A stretch of DNA of 64,000 bases, from assembly GCF_964355755.1 (NCBI RefSeq), contig NC_092674.1:14880001-14944000 (forward strand), given 5' to 3'. A program made the position numbers and the translations under genes. Below are positions 1 to 13,499 of the stretch, piece by piece. The notes under the pieces were generated by a model that saw only the letters and a list, made by a program, of their open reading frames with translations, was not told where the DNA came from and did not search any database. This DNA is from Antedon mediterranea (lineage: Eukaryota > Animalia > Echinodermata). The stretch's first letter is position 1. The number at the start of each line of letters is the position of its first letter.

Positions 1-1059
1 TTTTGCCTTTATTTGCCTGGGGGGGGGGGGGGTGCGTCCGCAAGCGTAGACCCTTTTCAGTCGGGGAAATAATTTATACCTCCCAAAAGTGTATGCGTGC
101 GTACCATCTGGACTTCCGAGTGGTGAGAAGTTCATGACATACAGGACATTGAAAATTTAACTAATTAATTATATAACTTAGCTATAATAGGATGTGGGCT
201 ACGCAAAAATGGCATGTTTTTTTGTTTAGTAATGTAATGTATGAAATATTTATTTTAGGTGCTAGGCTCCCCGACGAGGGAGCTGGAGCCCCCGTAGCCC
301 CCCCGCTGGCGCCACCACTGGCGGGTAGCCTAATTGATAATTAATTTAAATGCTTAAAAGAAACAAGAAAGTAAATTTATGGTAACCTAAGTGCTTTTTA
401 AAGTGGTAAATCAATATATATATTTAATACTAAAAACACTTGTTTGAAATCAACAACTGCTTTATAAGCATAAAAATACTTACCACTTGGCAATTATCCA
501 CCTGTCAACACGTTTAACTTCATAAACTTTTAGCCAATCAGAATGCCGGATTTTATGAATATTGATTGTAATTGATTGTATATAAAAGGGGTTCTATGGA
601 CCTTAAATAATGAAATCATTGTTATTATTGGTATTTATTATTCTCAAATAGAAACTATTTAATTTATTTTAACTGGTCTTTGGAATGTTAAAAAATAAAA
701 TAAAAATAAAAAAATAAATAAATAAAAATAGATTATGTCAAAGGTCAATATTATGATTTCCAGTCACTTTTGGGAAAAATAGTTTGTATGTATATTGTGA
801 ATATTTTAACACCAACCTCATGTTTCTACTGTCAGTAGTTATCGAGATATGACCATACTAGATGATTCCGGCCATTTTCTAATAAAATGTTGTATTAGAG
901 TGAATAGAAACATACGTGTTCTAAGCAATTTAACACTAAAATGAACTCTGTACCCCTACCGGTTACTAAGATATGGACCATCATTTTGTTTTGGCGGCTA
1001 TTTTGAAAATACTCCAAATATGGTCATAAAATACATTTTTTTTTCTTGGCTACAGTGAT

Positions 1060-1667
1060 TTTTCACGCTGCTGCTCTAGCCCGCTACGTCCCATTAGGAC
1101 TACTCAATCAGAAGCTAAAGCAAGCAGCAGTTATAGTTCTAAGGACAGACAGTTTTGTGAAAATGGAAACTCCACTATGATTTATTGATTCCAGCTGCTA
1201 CAGTTGTAGACCCAAGAAACGTCTGGGAAAGAGTCTATTAGGACATGTCATGCTAAAATTACAAATCCCTAAGCATTTCTGGTATATTCACTGTCAGATA
1301 TTCATTGAATTATTATCGAAACAGTCCATTAAAGTTTGTGTTTGTAATAGGATACTTCACAATTGAAATATCTAGGGTGATGAAGTGACCCCCAGATTTG
1401 ACCTTAGCAATAAAATTAACTAAAGTGACAGAAATTGAGTATTCACTTCTGTAACAAAAAAATAATATTTATTCACATATAAAAAAAGAAAAGAAACCCA
1501 AAAACCATTGTCTGACAGACAATTTAAGTATTTGTTGCTTTAAATTACATTTTTTTCAGGTAAAATAACTATTATGTGACAATAAAATGACACATTCAAA
1601 AACATTTGAAATAAAAATATTTTTCAATATGCGAGCAGCGTTTTTTGTAAGAAATATTTCTTGTTTA
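1060..1667 (+). mobile_element. Non-autonomous Helentron/DINE-1-like element (HINE), copy 1
   Basis: Near-identical to 48624-49207. Begins and ends in T-runs. 5' ACGCTGCT is complementary to subterminal AGCAGCGT. Perfect 14-bp palindrome AAGAAATATTTCTT just before terminal GTTT. Confidence 0.65.
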
Positions 1668-2465
1668 ATCTGTATGTCCAAGTGAACATATGTGCAAAAA
1701 ATGAAAACTTTGTCATCCGTGTAACATTTTTGATCTTATATATTCTTTAAATAGTGTACAAAAAACGAATTTTGGATATGTTTTATTTGACCAAATAAAT
1801 GCTGTGAGAGCAGCGCATTATTATTATTATTATTACCGGTAATAATAAATGAGAAAGACTAAAAAAAAATCCAATCTTTATCGGGAAAAATAACATTTGA
1901 GTCAAACATAATAATAAACGATTACATAACAAAATAATTTAATATGGACCTCGTGTTTTGAACATGGTGTGGGAGTAAGTTTATAGGGGCCGGACTACCG
2001 AATCTGATCTTTTTCAATACTACTACACACACCCACATATCTATACTAGCATATGTGGGTATATTGAATTATAGTACACTTCTGTGTTATATTATTATGC
2101 AATTAAAAACAAACACATTTATCTAATCTACATACCGGTACTATAAGAAATTGTGAGACCCATCTTTTATTCTAATTTTTAACATGATGATGTCATCAAA
2201 ATGAAACATGAAGGTAACAATTTTTAGAGCATAATTATCTAAATAATACATTTTAAAAAGCCGAAGAATTTTGGGCACGTAAAATCAAGATCCGCACTCT
2301 TTTAAATGCGACAAACATTTACGAAAGTGATGAAAATCTGACTTTTGTTTTATTTTATTATTCTATTTTTTAAAAGCAGAAACAGAAGAAATAAATCCGC
2401 CACATATAGCTTGCTTTAACAAATACAAAGGCAATTACAACAACTCAGAAATTAAATTACGACAA

Positions 2466-2601
2466 AGAAGATAAAGATTGGAATTAAAAATGTTGATATG
2501 GGGATGGGCCTGAACTATAGATTAACTTAATCTACTGATGTAACCATTTTTAATAACATTGACTCTACTAAAGGGAACACAAAGGATAATTTACGGGCGG
2601 G
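2466..2601. repeat. Dispersed ~135-bp repeat, second copy at ~51425-51580
   Basis: AGATAAAGATTGGAATTAAAAATGT...AAAGGGAACACAAAGGATA...GGGCGGGAA occurs at both loci in the same orientation. Confidence 0.75.
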
Positions 2602-2639
2602 AACACGAATACCAAAATTGGAGATAAATTTGCAGTCAG

Positions 2640-3520
2640 CTTGATAGGGTAACCGTCATGCTTCATATCCCAATAACAGGCAAGTCTACAAATGGCACTG
2701 TCAAATATTTTCTCAAGTCTTGCGTTTTTTTCATCAACTGACAAATAGCTTTGTTGAAATAGTGGAACCTCTCTTGGAAAATTAATTGGCAGCATCACGG
2801 ATACAAGTTTTTTTACAAAGGGGCCCAAAGGTGCTCAATTGGGTTTTCGGCAGAATGTCCCGCTGCTAAATTTGCGACAGCAAAATAGTCAAAGTTATGG
2901 TCTTTCCATAATCGACCCTGGCTAATAAAAGTTTTAAACTTTTTCACCGACCAGTCGGCTCCTCCATCAGTCATGATGTAAGCAACAGATTTTCCTTTTT
3001 GCATATCGTCTATGTTTAAAATATCGGCTAAATCGTTCGCATGAGTTTGAATGGGCTGATCTGTTATAAACAAATACGGGCCCTGTTTTACCAAAGTTTT
3101 ACCCTAGTATGTCCAATATGATCTGTGCGGAAACGTTCCTTTTTCATATTTTTATTAGATTTTTTTCGTGATAAAGATCGACATTGGCGTATTTTAGATT
3201 TACTTACATTTGGTTCTGTGCTTCTGGAACTCCCTCTTTCTTTTACCTTGGTCTTCATAATCATGTATCCGGAAGGGATAATTTTGCTGTTTTCGAAACT
3301 GAAATCATGGTAAAGGTAGTCTGGCTTGTCATTCCAGATAAAACCTCAATGTTTGATTGTATTGACCCACAGCAAGTGTCCAAACATTGATTTTATTTTT
3401 ATCATCGCAGGATAACCTTAAGCATGGTGTTAAAAACATCATTTGATCGCTTTGCAATCGGCAGAAATGATGGTCAAGATGTTTACTTCTGGTTGCGTTA
3501 TTCGATTTAGGTGGCACTCT
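2640..3520 (-). pseudogene. Zator-like (TP36-related) DDE transposase remnant
   Basis: Frameshifted motifs in the expected order: SCDDKNK, YHDF..SKIIPSGY, TDGGADW, AAGHSAENPIEHLWAPL. Confidence 0.6.
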
Positions 3521-4018
3521 TGTTTTTTTGTAGTTCTTAGCATTTCTAGAATTAGACTAGATATTGATTAATATTCATGAGTTCCACGAGAACAATCAAC
3601 GCATGAATGATTTTGCATCATCCCGCGAAGAGACGTTCATTTTCATGGTTGAGTAAGCATTAGTGTATATTATCGTAGAAGTCGCGCAAAATTAGTTTTT
3701 GGAGTGCTCCTTATAACGGTAACAAAATTTCCATCATTACAATAATTGTAAAAAGTACATTTGGAAATATCTAACCATTCAAAACACAAGAAAAGAACAC
3801 ATGAATAATATTGTTATAATATCCTTTCCATAAATTGAATCCAAATATGTACATTTCATTAATTGTTTCAATTCAGAAGACAATTTTTAAAACTTTTTTA
3901 AAGATTTTATTAATTTTTGAAATTTTCAATCATGACCTACAGGTACCTGGCTAAACCTACACATTTTAATTTGTTCACATTGTTATTGCTCTTTCTTTTG
4001 TTATGTCGCCTAAGCGCA

Positions 4019-4250
4019 TCAATTGATTGTAGGCATCTTTTTTATGTTTGACCTTGCAATCCATAGGGAATTTTGGTGAAATTCTATTGTGTATTCCTTT
4101 ACTTTCTCCATTCTTATCGGATCCAACTGCTCTGCTCCCGGTTTACCCGACGTGTTATTAACGTGTCCGCTCTTCTGTGGTAAAGTAGTACTCCAATACA
4201 CAATTTTCCGATTTGGGTCTAATGAAACCTACTGCATTTTCAATTTATAT
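4019..4250 (-). pseudogene. BEN-domain-like fragment
   Basis: NTSGKPGAEQLDPIRMEKVKEY...W resembles the G-K...LDP..I/V-K...W pattern of BEN domains. Confidence 0.45.
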
Positions 4251-5049
4251 ATGGTTTTCTTACCACACACAATAACGGGTCATTAATTTCCACTTCCATT
4301 GAAGGAGAAAACTGTCCAGTTGGGAATTTCTTTTTAAATGCATCCCCACGTTGCATTTGCCGATATGCTTACGTCCCCGTCACTTTGTCTAAATGCCGGA
4401 GCTCTGGTTCTCGGACATTGTCCTCAATTACCCAACAAGTTGACCCATAGCCTATTTATTGAAATTTAATTATACAGTCGCTTGATACCTCCTTCACCTT
4501 AGCCACATGTAGCCTCACTCCACATGTATAATTAATAGCCTGAACTACAGCACCAGGTTTAAACATTGTAATAATAAATTATGTACAGTAATCGAGTATG
4601 CTTTCAACGTTGGAGGATATCTCCTCAAAAATGAATTTAGCGCATGCTTAGTTAGTATACCTAAATATAATCGCACTAAACCACTGATCCCTTCCACCAC
4701 ATCCTAATCAAGAATAAATTGACAAAAAAAAAAAGGTCTACCTATTAGGTCTAAAATTTCGCAGACCAATGCTTGGCCTGTATTTAGTACTGTATTTAGT
4801 GTTTTCTATTGTTAATAAAGCCATTAATACAAACTATTACTGTATTATTAATTTACTTGCATTTCATTTGTAATTATAAACCTTTATCAATGTACTGTAT
4901 GCATTTATAGGCTAGGCCTATTCATCTTATTATTTTTTTTTATTACTTTTGAACAGATAGGTATTATAGGTCATGATTATCAATTCTCTATTGTTCAAAT
5001 TGTAGCCCTGAAAAGGGCTGTTTGGCTTGAGAAGAGTTATGATTTAATA

Positions 5050-5800
5050 TCCGGTTGCTTTACCTCGGCAACGTACAACAGATGGAACAAACTTCCGAAG
5101 ATGACTGATGTACAAATTTCAACAGTCAGGATGTCTGTCCAGAAAGTCTTTATACCTTCGATCAGCTGTTCCTTTGTGTGAGGCTTGTCGGAGATACTCC
5201 TTTAGCTGATGCAATACCAATTTTGTCGGGTTGAAGTCAGGACTTTCCGCTGGCGTCTTCCACCATGATGCTGTTTGCAGTCATAATTATTTGGTTACCT
5301 TCGTATTATCCTGCATAAATCGGTAGCCGTTAAGGAAGTTTTGTTTAAATTATTTATATATCCTCTATATATCGTTTTTTTAACCTCACCCTGACATTGT
5401 TAGTTGTTTCTGATGCAACAAAACGCAAATTCGAATCGGTGGACTTTGTTTGGCTGATAAGTTGACAGTACCTACTTGTATTGCATTGTTTTCTTAATGC
5501 AATCTATACTAACATTGACATTAGTTCGCTCTTGGATGATTTCTTTTAGCTTTCTAGCCATCAATTCGTCGTTAGCCTCCATCTCGCTATTGATCATATT
5601 AAGATATTCAGTGGTAACTATCTTCGGTTGGCCAAAATGTGGAAGGTCAGCAATCTTTTTCATTTTTCGAGACTTCTATAGTATTCTATACAATGCTTCG
5701 GTGTATAGAAATACCCTCTGCCTTGAAAGTATTTATTATTTGACTAATGCTAAACCAATAGTGTTAAAGCGGACTATTCGTGCACGGACATGATTTGGTG
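5050..5800 (-). pseudogene. Tc1/mariner-type transposase remnant
   Basis: Reverse strand reads FMQDN, WWKTPAESPDFNP, QLKEYLR and HTKEQLIEGIKTFW. HTH-like N-terminal piece in ORF 5472-5663. Multiple frameshifts. Confidence 0.75.
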
Positions 5801-6308
5801 ATCAAGACATTTTTCATAGGTGACACTCACCTTGGTTGATTGACATTTACATACCAAAACAAAATGAGGTGATGTTTTACAAATTCTTGAGCTTTTGATT
5901 CGAAAATTTTTGCCACTATATTACTAATTTACAAATTAAAATTAAAAGACTGCAAAAATGTGTAGATTATTTAAACTGTGTTGACAAATGATTTTCTGTG
6001 CTCTTAATTTTAATTTCATAAATTTTAAAAGTGCTTGACCTGCGACAAGAGAATATGTCAAACTTGTCCAACCGTTATAAAACACTTGTCCCAGGCATCA
6101 GGCCAGTTGGTTCTCTTAGCCCTGGTGAACAAAATGCTTTGTATTTTGATATACATTTTTACATATATTAAATCAATCGTCACTCTTTGATATTTATTTA
6201 ATTTTTAGTTATTAATTATTCATATTGCGAAATCAAATTCCATGTGTGTTTCAGTATTGGCTGTTTTCCCGATACTGCTTACAAAATAATGCTCAACTCC
6301 ACTTCTAA

Positions 6309-6503
6309 TTGACAGAAGTAATGTGTATACTGCACAATTATTTAAGGGCAAATGGGAAGGAAATATCAGCGGAAGCAGTATCAAAGCTTCAGAACTTAGA
6401 TAGTCAAGGTAGCAATAATAGTATATCAATTGCCAAATATATTGGAGAAAAATTCTGTCACTATGTTAATAAAGTGGAACCACTTCCATGGCAATATAAT
6501 TGA
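6309..6503 (+). pseudogene. PIF/Harbinger transposase C-terminal remnant
   Basis: CILHNYLR...GSN...A..I..KF..Y.N....LPWQ matches the typical C-terminus of Harbinger DDE nucleases. Confidence 0.65.
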
Positions 6504-6949
6504 CCATTACAAATTTGCTAGTTTTGATGTTTTAAAGATCAATCTTCATCCTCTCCTAAAAAAAAATCAACTTACAGATGATGTTGACTTTCGTGGGGTA
6601 ACATGGTCTGCTAAAAAGGAAAGGCTTGTGTAGGAGGGCTATAGCAATCAACAGAGCTACTCCCACTTGTCTTGCTATCATTTCTTTACGTTTTTCACAT
6701 CGAAAATATGTCCTTAGAGCATTCATTTTGTTTTTTATTTCAGTTTCTGTGAATATAAAAAAATGTATAAATTAAGTAAATTTAAATATGATTTTAATAA
6801 ATAGTATTCATTAAATTATAAAATGTATTTGATGTCATATATCTAGTGCCGATAGGGTGTTAGATTTGGCATCTTCAGCCCCGCCACCTCCAAAATATCT
6901 TTAGAGCTCTAGTTACCTAGTTATTTGTGATGTCACTGCCGTGAAGAGT

Positions 6950-7360
6950 ATACAATGTCTGTATGTGCATGGCTGCTTTCCCTTTCATACTTAAGTGAAA
7001 AACCTCCTCCGCCAGGTTCCATCCGCTAATTCGGATAAAACCCTCAAATCTATCCTGGAAAATGTGCCTGTCATCCTGACCAAAAAATTCAAAGTTTTTC
7101 TGAGGGCGAAAAGGTTGTCGTTCCAGACGCTCACCTCGCCCGAAACCTCTTTGGACATATCCTTTTGAAATATCCTCATTGCTAGGGTAGTAACAATCAC
7201 GATCTCGACCATTGTAATCAAAACATTGACAATCAGTACAAAGTTGACCGACATCGTCCGAGTAGACCCAGTAGCGATTGCCATCTATGTACCCCCGTGG
7301 TGACGTTCCCACTCTATGGACCCAATTTGGATACCGTTGTTCCGACTCTCGATCTCTTAT
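6950..7360 (-). pseudogene. Possible LTR-retrotransposon gag N-terminal remnant
   Basis: P...F.GQDD..IFQDRFEGFIRISGWNLAEEVFHLSMKGKA resembles the Gypsy capsid pattern F..RFE.....GW...E...L...LKG.A. Confidence 0.4.
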
Positions 7361-7766
7361 TGATTATGAGATAGATACATCATGTCTTGAATTTTACCAC
7401 GGCCAGTGCCGTCGATGCCCCCTCAATTGGCCTCAATGCTTTTGGAAATGAACAACCACCACTGGCTGTAGTGCCCTAGAATTTTCACCACAATAAAAAC
7501 AACCGAATGGCAGAAATATAAATATATTTTACACAATGAATTTGAGGCAGACGTTCCACCAGCGAACTAGCTGCTGCTGTTGCTTTTTTTTGTAAATTAC
7601 CGTGGGTTTTTTGTAAATTGCCGTGGCTTTTTTTGTTGTAAATTGCCATGACACTTTCAGACCACTGTACTGCAGTTTTTATTCTTTAGTTTAAATTCTT
7701 ACATAATATAATTAAAAAAACTGTAGTTTTTCAGTCAGACTCTAAATGTGAAATGATCACGGAATC

Positions 7767-8079
7767 ACTATTCCGTGATAATGTAACAAAAACATCAGAG
7801 ATAATAATAATATGATGCCAAATTGGTTGCCCCCCTTTGCTTTCCTTATTCCCAGTCCACTGGATCTTGCTAAAACTTGTGGCTTGAAGGATGACCTTTA
7901 CTAGATTCCTCAGCAGGTCACATATTTTAATGGACTATTCCGTGATAACGTAACAAAAACGTCAGAGATAATAATATGATGCCAAGTTGGTTGTCCTTCT
8001 TTGCTTTTCTTATTCCCAGTCCACTGGATCTTGCTAAAAAAACGTGTGGCTTGAAGGATGACCTTTACTAGATTCTTCA
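7767..8079. repeat. Tandem duplication, 2 copies of ~145 bp
   Basis: ACTATTCCGTGATAA...GATGACCTTTACTAGATTC starts at 7767 and again at 7934. Confidence 0.85.
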
Positions 8080-8799
8080 TCAAACGCCTGCCATAATTAG
8101 TTTTTCACAAAGACATGGTGGTTCGCCATCAAACACTTTTTACCTGTCAAGTCCTCACACAAAAATAATTAATAATTAATTTGTAATACTTGACACAGGA
8201 TGAAACAAAATTTATGTGTTGTTTTAAAGATGATTATTTCAAATATCCAGCATCAGTTTAGTCAGAGGGTACTGCTTCTTGAGTTAAAGTTGAAGCAACT
8301 TGTTGAGTCGGAACCATGGGTGGTGTGATTAGTGAAGTTTGTTGAGGCGTGGTGCCATGAGGTAGTCTGCTGAGTGAGAAAGGTGGGTGGTGCCATTGCT
8401 AGAGATACATGTGGAGTGGCAAGTTGAGTTACAGGTGGTGATGTGGTGGACTGGTTTTTACTTCTCGCCTAAAAATATGCAATTGATTTTAGCTTCATAC
8501 ATATATCAGGATTTTAAAAACCAATAAATAATTAAAACAGCTGAAAGCTGTGTCACAAAATAATAATGTCTGATCAGATCTGTCCAGGTGTATAGAAACA
8601 ACTTCCCTCTCACAATCACATTTGCTACTTGTTGAGCAGGAATGGCTTATTAGTTTGAGGCTCTGTGTGAAGCCGGAACAACATAAATCCAATGATACTT
8701 TTTTTTTTTTTAATTACATAATTAATAAATTATTTTAAATACACCAATTGCTTAAAAAATGGGTAAACGTGAATGTCATTTCTAGGTTAATAATTTATG

Positions 8800-9320
8800 T
8801 AAAGAACTCCCTCTCCCATCAATTCTCGGAACCATACTTTGGTTGAAACATTGTGGATCTTCAAGATGTGTTACTTTTTAATCGAAATATATGAGTTTCT
8901 GGCCATTTTTCATGGGTATTGGAATCCCACCTATCAGCGACCTTTCCTGAATCTTTGTTGGCTTTTAAGGTGGTCACCTATTTCAATGTCGGTACCTCTC
9001 ATCTTCCTGCCATACAAAATCTGGCATATTGCCGTTGTTTTTTCATGCCTTTACCCAAATTGTCGATTTCGGAAGCGATTTAACGTAGGCATAGTAGTCA
9101 GGAGATTGATTGGTACGCCAAAGAGTTCGGAAAATCATGTTTACTGGTAACTGTGGCACCTTTCCAAACATGAGACTAAAATGGTGAATACCCGGTTGTT
9201 TCATGAACACAGGAGTTGTATGCAAAAGTCAGGCTTTGGAGCTTGTTAGGCCACTGGTACTTGTCCTTGGAGGAAAGGATTGAATCATGTTGCCAGTAAA
9301 AATTTTCAGCCATTTCCCAA
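8800..9320 (-). pseudogene. Gypsy integrase C-terminal remnant
   Basis: Reverse strand reads FAYNSCVHETTGYSPF, then after a frameshift LMFGKVPQLPVNMIF, later ADRWDS. Confidence 0.7.
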
Positions 9321-12300
9321 CTTTTCAAGTGATAATATACAACATAGTTTCCATTCTAATTGAGTATGTAGTTTTAACGTAACAAGTAAACTGAAATTGC
9401 ACTTTCTCGAGAACCCTAAAAAACTTCATTTTTGTACAAGAAGCAAGTTATACTTTGTGATTTGTAATTTTAAAACATCATTTGATTTAATGTACAGGTT
9501 TTTGTATACCTTTTGCTATTTCAAATTCACCTGCTTGTTTTCTATTGTTAGTCAACTGAAACTATTGTTAGTTGATAAGTTGTGTTTTAATACCAGCATA
9601 TGTGTCATTTTTTATTTCATTCTGAACATAGGTATATACACACACATGCCTATTGATTTTCAGGAAAAATTATATATTGGTCATGTCACAAAAGCTTGTA
9701 TACAGTATATTAAATAGCTTGCCCTCTGTATTCTTTCAACATGAACATATTCTTTGACATGGACCAAAATATTAGTCGACTGGCCGAGTGGTTAAGCTTA
9801 GTTCATGAGTTAAGGAAGGGGCAAAGCTTTGTTTGTATTGAAAATTATTTATTACAAATTATAAACCCCAGCAGGATTTTAACCATGTAGGTGAAAGCTA
9901 ATACCTAAAGCAAAACAATGTATCTTTCAACATGCTCCCTCTGTGGCAACATTTTGCCAAGTCCTTCACTCAGTTTCTGGGTGCTTTTATTTCATTTGTT
10001 GGTCTCTCTGTATGAATTCATAATTTCCATATCATCTCATAATAATCTAGTTTCATGTAATTTAATTTTTTTAATTTGTTGTTTCTCCTCAATTAGTCAT
10101 TATGAATTATGACATTTCTTTCTTATTAAATTATGTTAAAGATATGTTATAGTTATGGATATTTGCCACAAACAAGTTACTTTTAGCCAATCACAATCTA
10201 GTTCACACAAACACTGACACATAAACAACACAGCAAAAATTATATCCTAAAAAGGTGGGATATGTTTGATATTTATCATTGTGATTGACAGGACAGCTTT
10301 GAATGATTCATACAAGACATAAAGACTGTCTTTATTATTTTTTCCTGGATCATGTTACTGATTATCCCTTGATTTTATTCTGAATTATCCTCTTGACTAT
10401 TTTCTGTAGGCCGACAGAGATTCTCGTCATTGTCCTTATGACTGCCATTACCATTGTTCTTTTGACAATTCCCTTAATCACTTCTGATTTGTGCTGACTC
10501 TGAGATTATTGACAGATAGAAACAAGTTTCTGGGAGTTTTCTTTACAATGTTTAACGTGTATGCAATCGAGGAACTTGACTGAAGTCAGCAACACCAAAA
10601 GAAAAACTACAAACAAGAAGCTCTGATATTAAGGTGGCGTTTGAGGCAGTGTCTAAAGCACATATGGTAAACAAGTACGTTACAAAACAGGCACATTTGA
10701 CTTTGATTACAATCATGCAGCAGTTTGAAATTTCATTCAATTCAATTCATTTATTTTCCAGAAGACATATAATACAATAAAAAAAAAAATGACAGTCTGA
10801 CGGATTGTAGAAAAGTCATTATGTGAGTACTCTCCTTCTGGTGCACAAAAACAACAAGTTAACAGCAAATGACATTAAATAAGGCAGAAAAAAACTTAGA
10901 GGAACCAAACAGTCACTTCATGAAGAAAATAGTCAAGTTAGATGTATTAATGGCCGAGATATGCATGTTTACTTTGCTTAAATGAGACAGTTAACAAGAT
11001 TTTCAGATCAAGTAATAGAACACTGGATTACAAATTTGAAATCAGTTGTAGTTCATAGAATAATGCAAATAAAACAATGGTTTAAATTTGACAAGAACTA
11101 TTCCACAGTGTTTCTCGTGGTTTGTTAAGACTGAGAGGTATCAAGAGATGTCATGAAGGCATTTATGAAGACTGACATCGCTTAATAGTCTTGATTAGAT
11201 TCATCAACTATGGCTCAGGTGATACATGTTCACTCAAATGGGACAGTCAACAAGAAAAGAAAAAGAGTCATGGTTCATGGACTATATGCAAATCAAGATT
11301 GGACAATAATGATCCTTGTTTGAGAAGTTTTTAAAAGACATTATGGCAAGGTATATGAACTTTGAATTGGTGTATTGTCAACAAGTTCATAGTACTGACG
11401 AGAAAGTGAAAGATGCAATTACTGCGAATGAAAAACCTTTTAAAAAACACATTCAAAGCCAATCAAAATTGACATTTAATGAACAACAGAAGAGGTTTGC
11501 CTTGCATAAGAGCTTTTCAATACCAATACAACTATCAAACATATCCAACCTTTTTAGGTTAAATAAAGCACTGTTGTGCTAATCCGCTTGTGATATTGGA
11601 AATAGATTATTAATAGTGGGACAAACACACAAATGACAACAATTAACATAGCATTGACCTACTTTCTCACTACTACTATTACAGTATTATTAATGTTACA
11701 ATCAATTAATTAGGCTGGCATAAAACCAAGCATGTAACCCTTGTTTTTTTTTTGTATTTTATTTTTTGCCGATTCTCTTCTGATCTGGAATTTCTATTGA
11801 CTTAGGTTCACAGTATTTACGAACTGACTTTTTAGTGCAGTCATATTTTTTTGGAAATACAGTACCTACGTAGGTTGTGATTTGGCACCAAATCATTTAT
11901 TGTAGAAGTGCTTGTAATGTTTTTTTGTTTCGCTATCTTTACCCTTTATCTTGTCTTGTTCGGTCATTCTGGTCAAATTTTCTTTGCATGTGTTAGTAGT
12001 GTTGTTTTGGGTTGCCGTCCCATTATTAATACAGGGTGCTCACAGTCACAGACAGAAAATCTTTGTCGAATTCTTATCCACTTAAAAATAGGGGTATTTT
12101 CCTATATCAATAGGCTAATTCTGGTAAATTCTGAAATGTCATTGGTTGCTGGTCCAAAACATTTATAGCTTTCTTATACCTCTTTATCGACAGGGTTACT
12201 CTTAAAGACTTCGCTGCTTTCTGGTGAAATCGCACAGAAAGGGCCAAGCATTTCTGAAGAAGGGCCCTTTACAATAATAATTTACATATTTTTATTATTC

Positions 12301-12725
12301 TTGATTCTTTTGTGTATTAATTGTTGTAACTTTTTGTTATACTGTTTGTAATAAATTGAAGTAGCAGTACTTAATATCAGACTAATGTACTCCCAATTGA
12401 AACGTAACTGGAAACATTTTGTAGTGCAGAAATGTAACATAACATACTTAGCACACCACTCTTAAGTTAGTGCTTCTTTGATGTACAAAGTTTTTTTCTT
12501 CCTGACCTATGGTCTACATAGATTTGTATAGGCCTAGTAGTTTCACTCTTTGAATGGCTATGTCCGTCAGCTTGGTGATAATTTCCTGTTGAATTTAATT
12601 TATAAACGTACACCCCCCCCCCCCCTCCTTCCTTTTTTGAAAAAGTGCAACACCCCAGTGGCGTTTATAAACAATACAGTAATAGATTAGATCGGACACT
12701 TAAGCATAATATGAATGTTGATGTT

Positions 12726-13280
12726 TCAACAGTATTCTATTAGTCCATTTTCTTTTGCGAGACAGGTTCCCTTTATGCTAGCTAATTGTTCAATAGATGA
12801 ATGCCTATGATTATACGGATTTTTTAATTCTACTAACCCCCTTCCACATTGATTGCAACAAACAATTCCATCTGGTGATGCTGCAATATAGGGGTGTTCA
12901 ATTGGCTTACCCAGAGCCCTGTCTGTGTGCAAGTAACTCCAGTATGCTTACGTTGTCGGTGATGTGCAATGTACTGTTTCATAGTAATCTTCTCTTTATT
13001 TCTTCCCCATGACACGGCTGCACTTTTCAATTTCCTGTAATACCCATAATACGCGCTATTTGAGAATGCCCTCTGACTTCTTCATTCTTCACACTATTGG
13101 CAACATTGCCTGCAACACTAGCAGTAATTCTTTCTTTTCTGTGGACGGACCATAACATAACTGAGATTCCGCCTGTTTGGATGTTTCTCTACCCAGAACC
13201 TCTTGCTGGTGGGCATTTATCCTAAGACTGTCTATCAGATGGGCTAATATTTTCGCTTTTGTAAGAGGCAAATGCTTCTT
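12726..13280 (-). pseudogene. YqaJ/lambda-exonuclease-like nuclease remnant
   Basis: Frameshifted motifs ET..QAESQL, RKERITAS, AVSWGRNKE, TGLWV, HPYIAASPDGIVCC..CG.GLVELKNPY. Confidence 0.8.
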
Positions 13281-13499
13281 CCAACTGTTGTTGGAAAAAT
13301 GGTAGCGCTAACCATCTCTTCCTCAATGCCCACAGAAAAGTCGAGCAAAGCATAGCATGGATTAGAATCTCACTTTAAATTGACAGGTCTTAGTAGTTCT
13401 TGGTAGGTCTTAATGTTGATTTGTACCCCCTTTTCCTGTAAAATCGTTGCTATGTAAACGGGTGCATAATATATATTACATTACAAAAGCGGGGCCAGG

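Noticed and set aside
11050-11582. Purine-rich decayed ORF-like segment
   Set aside because: Looks once-coding, but I recognise no family and it has many stops.
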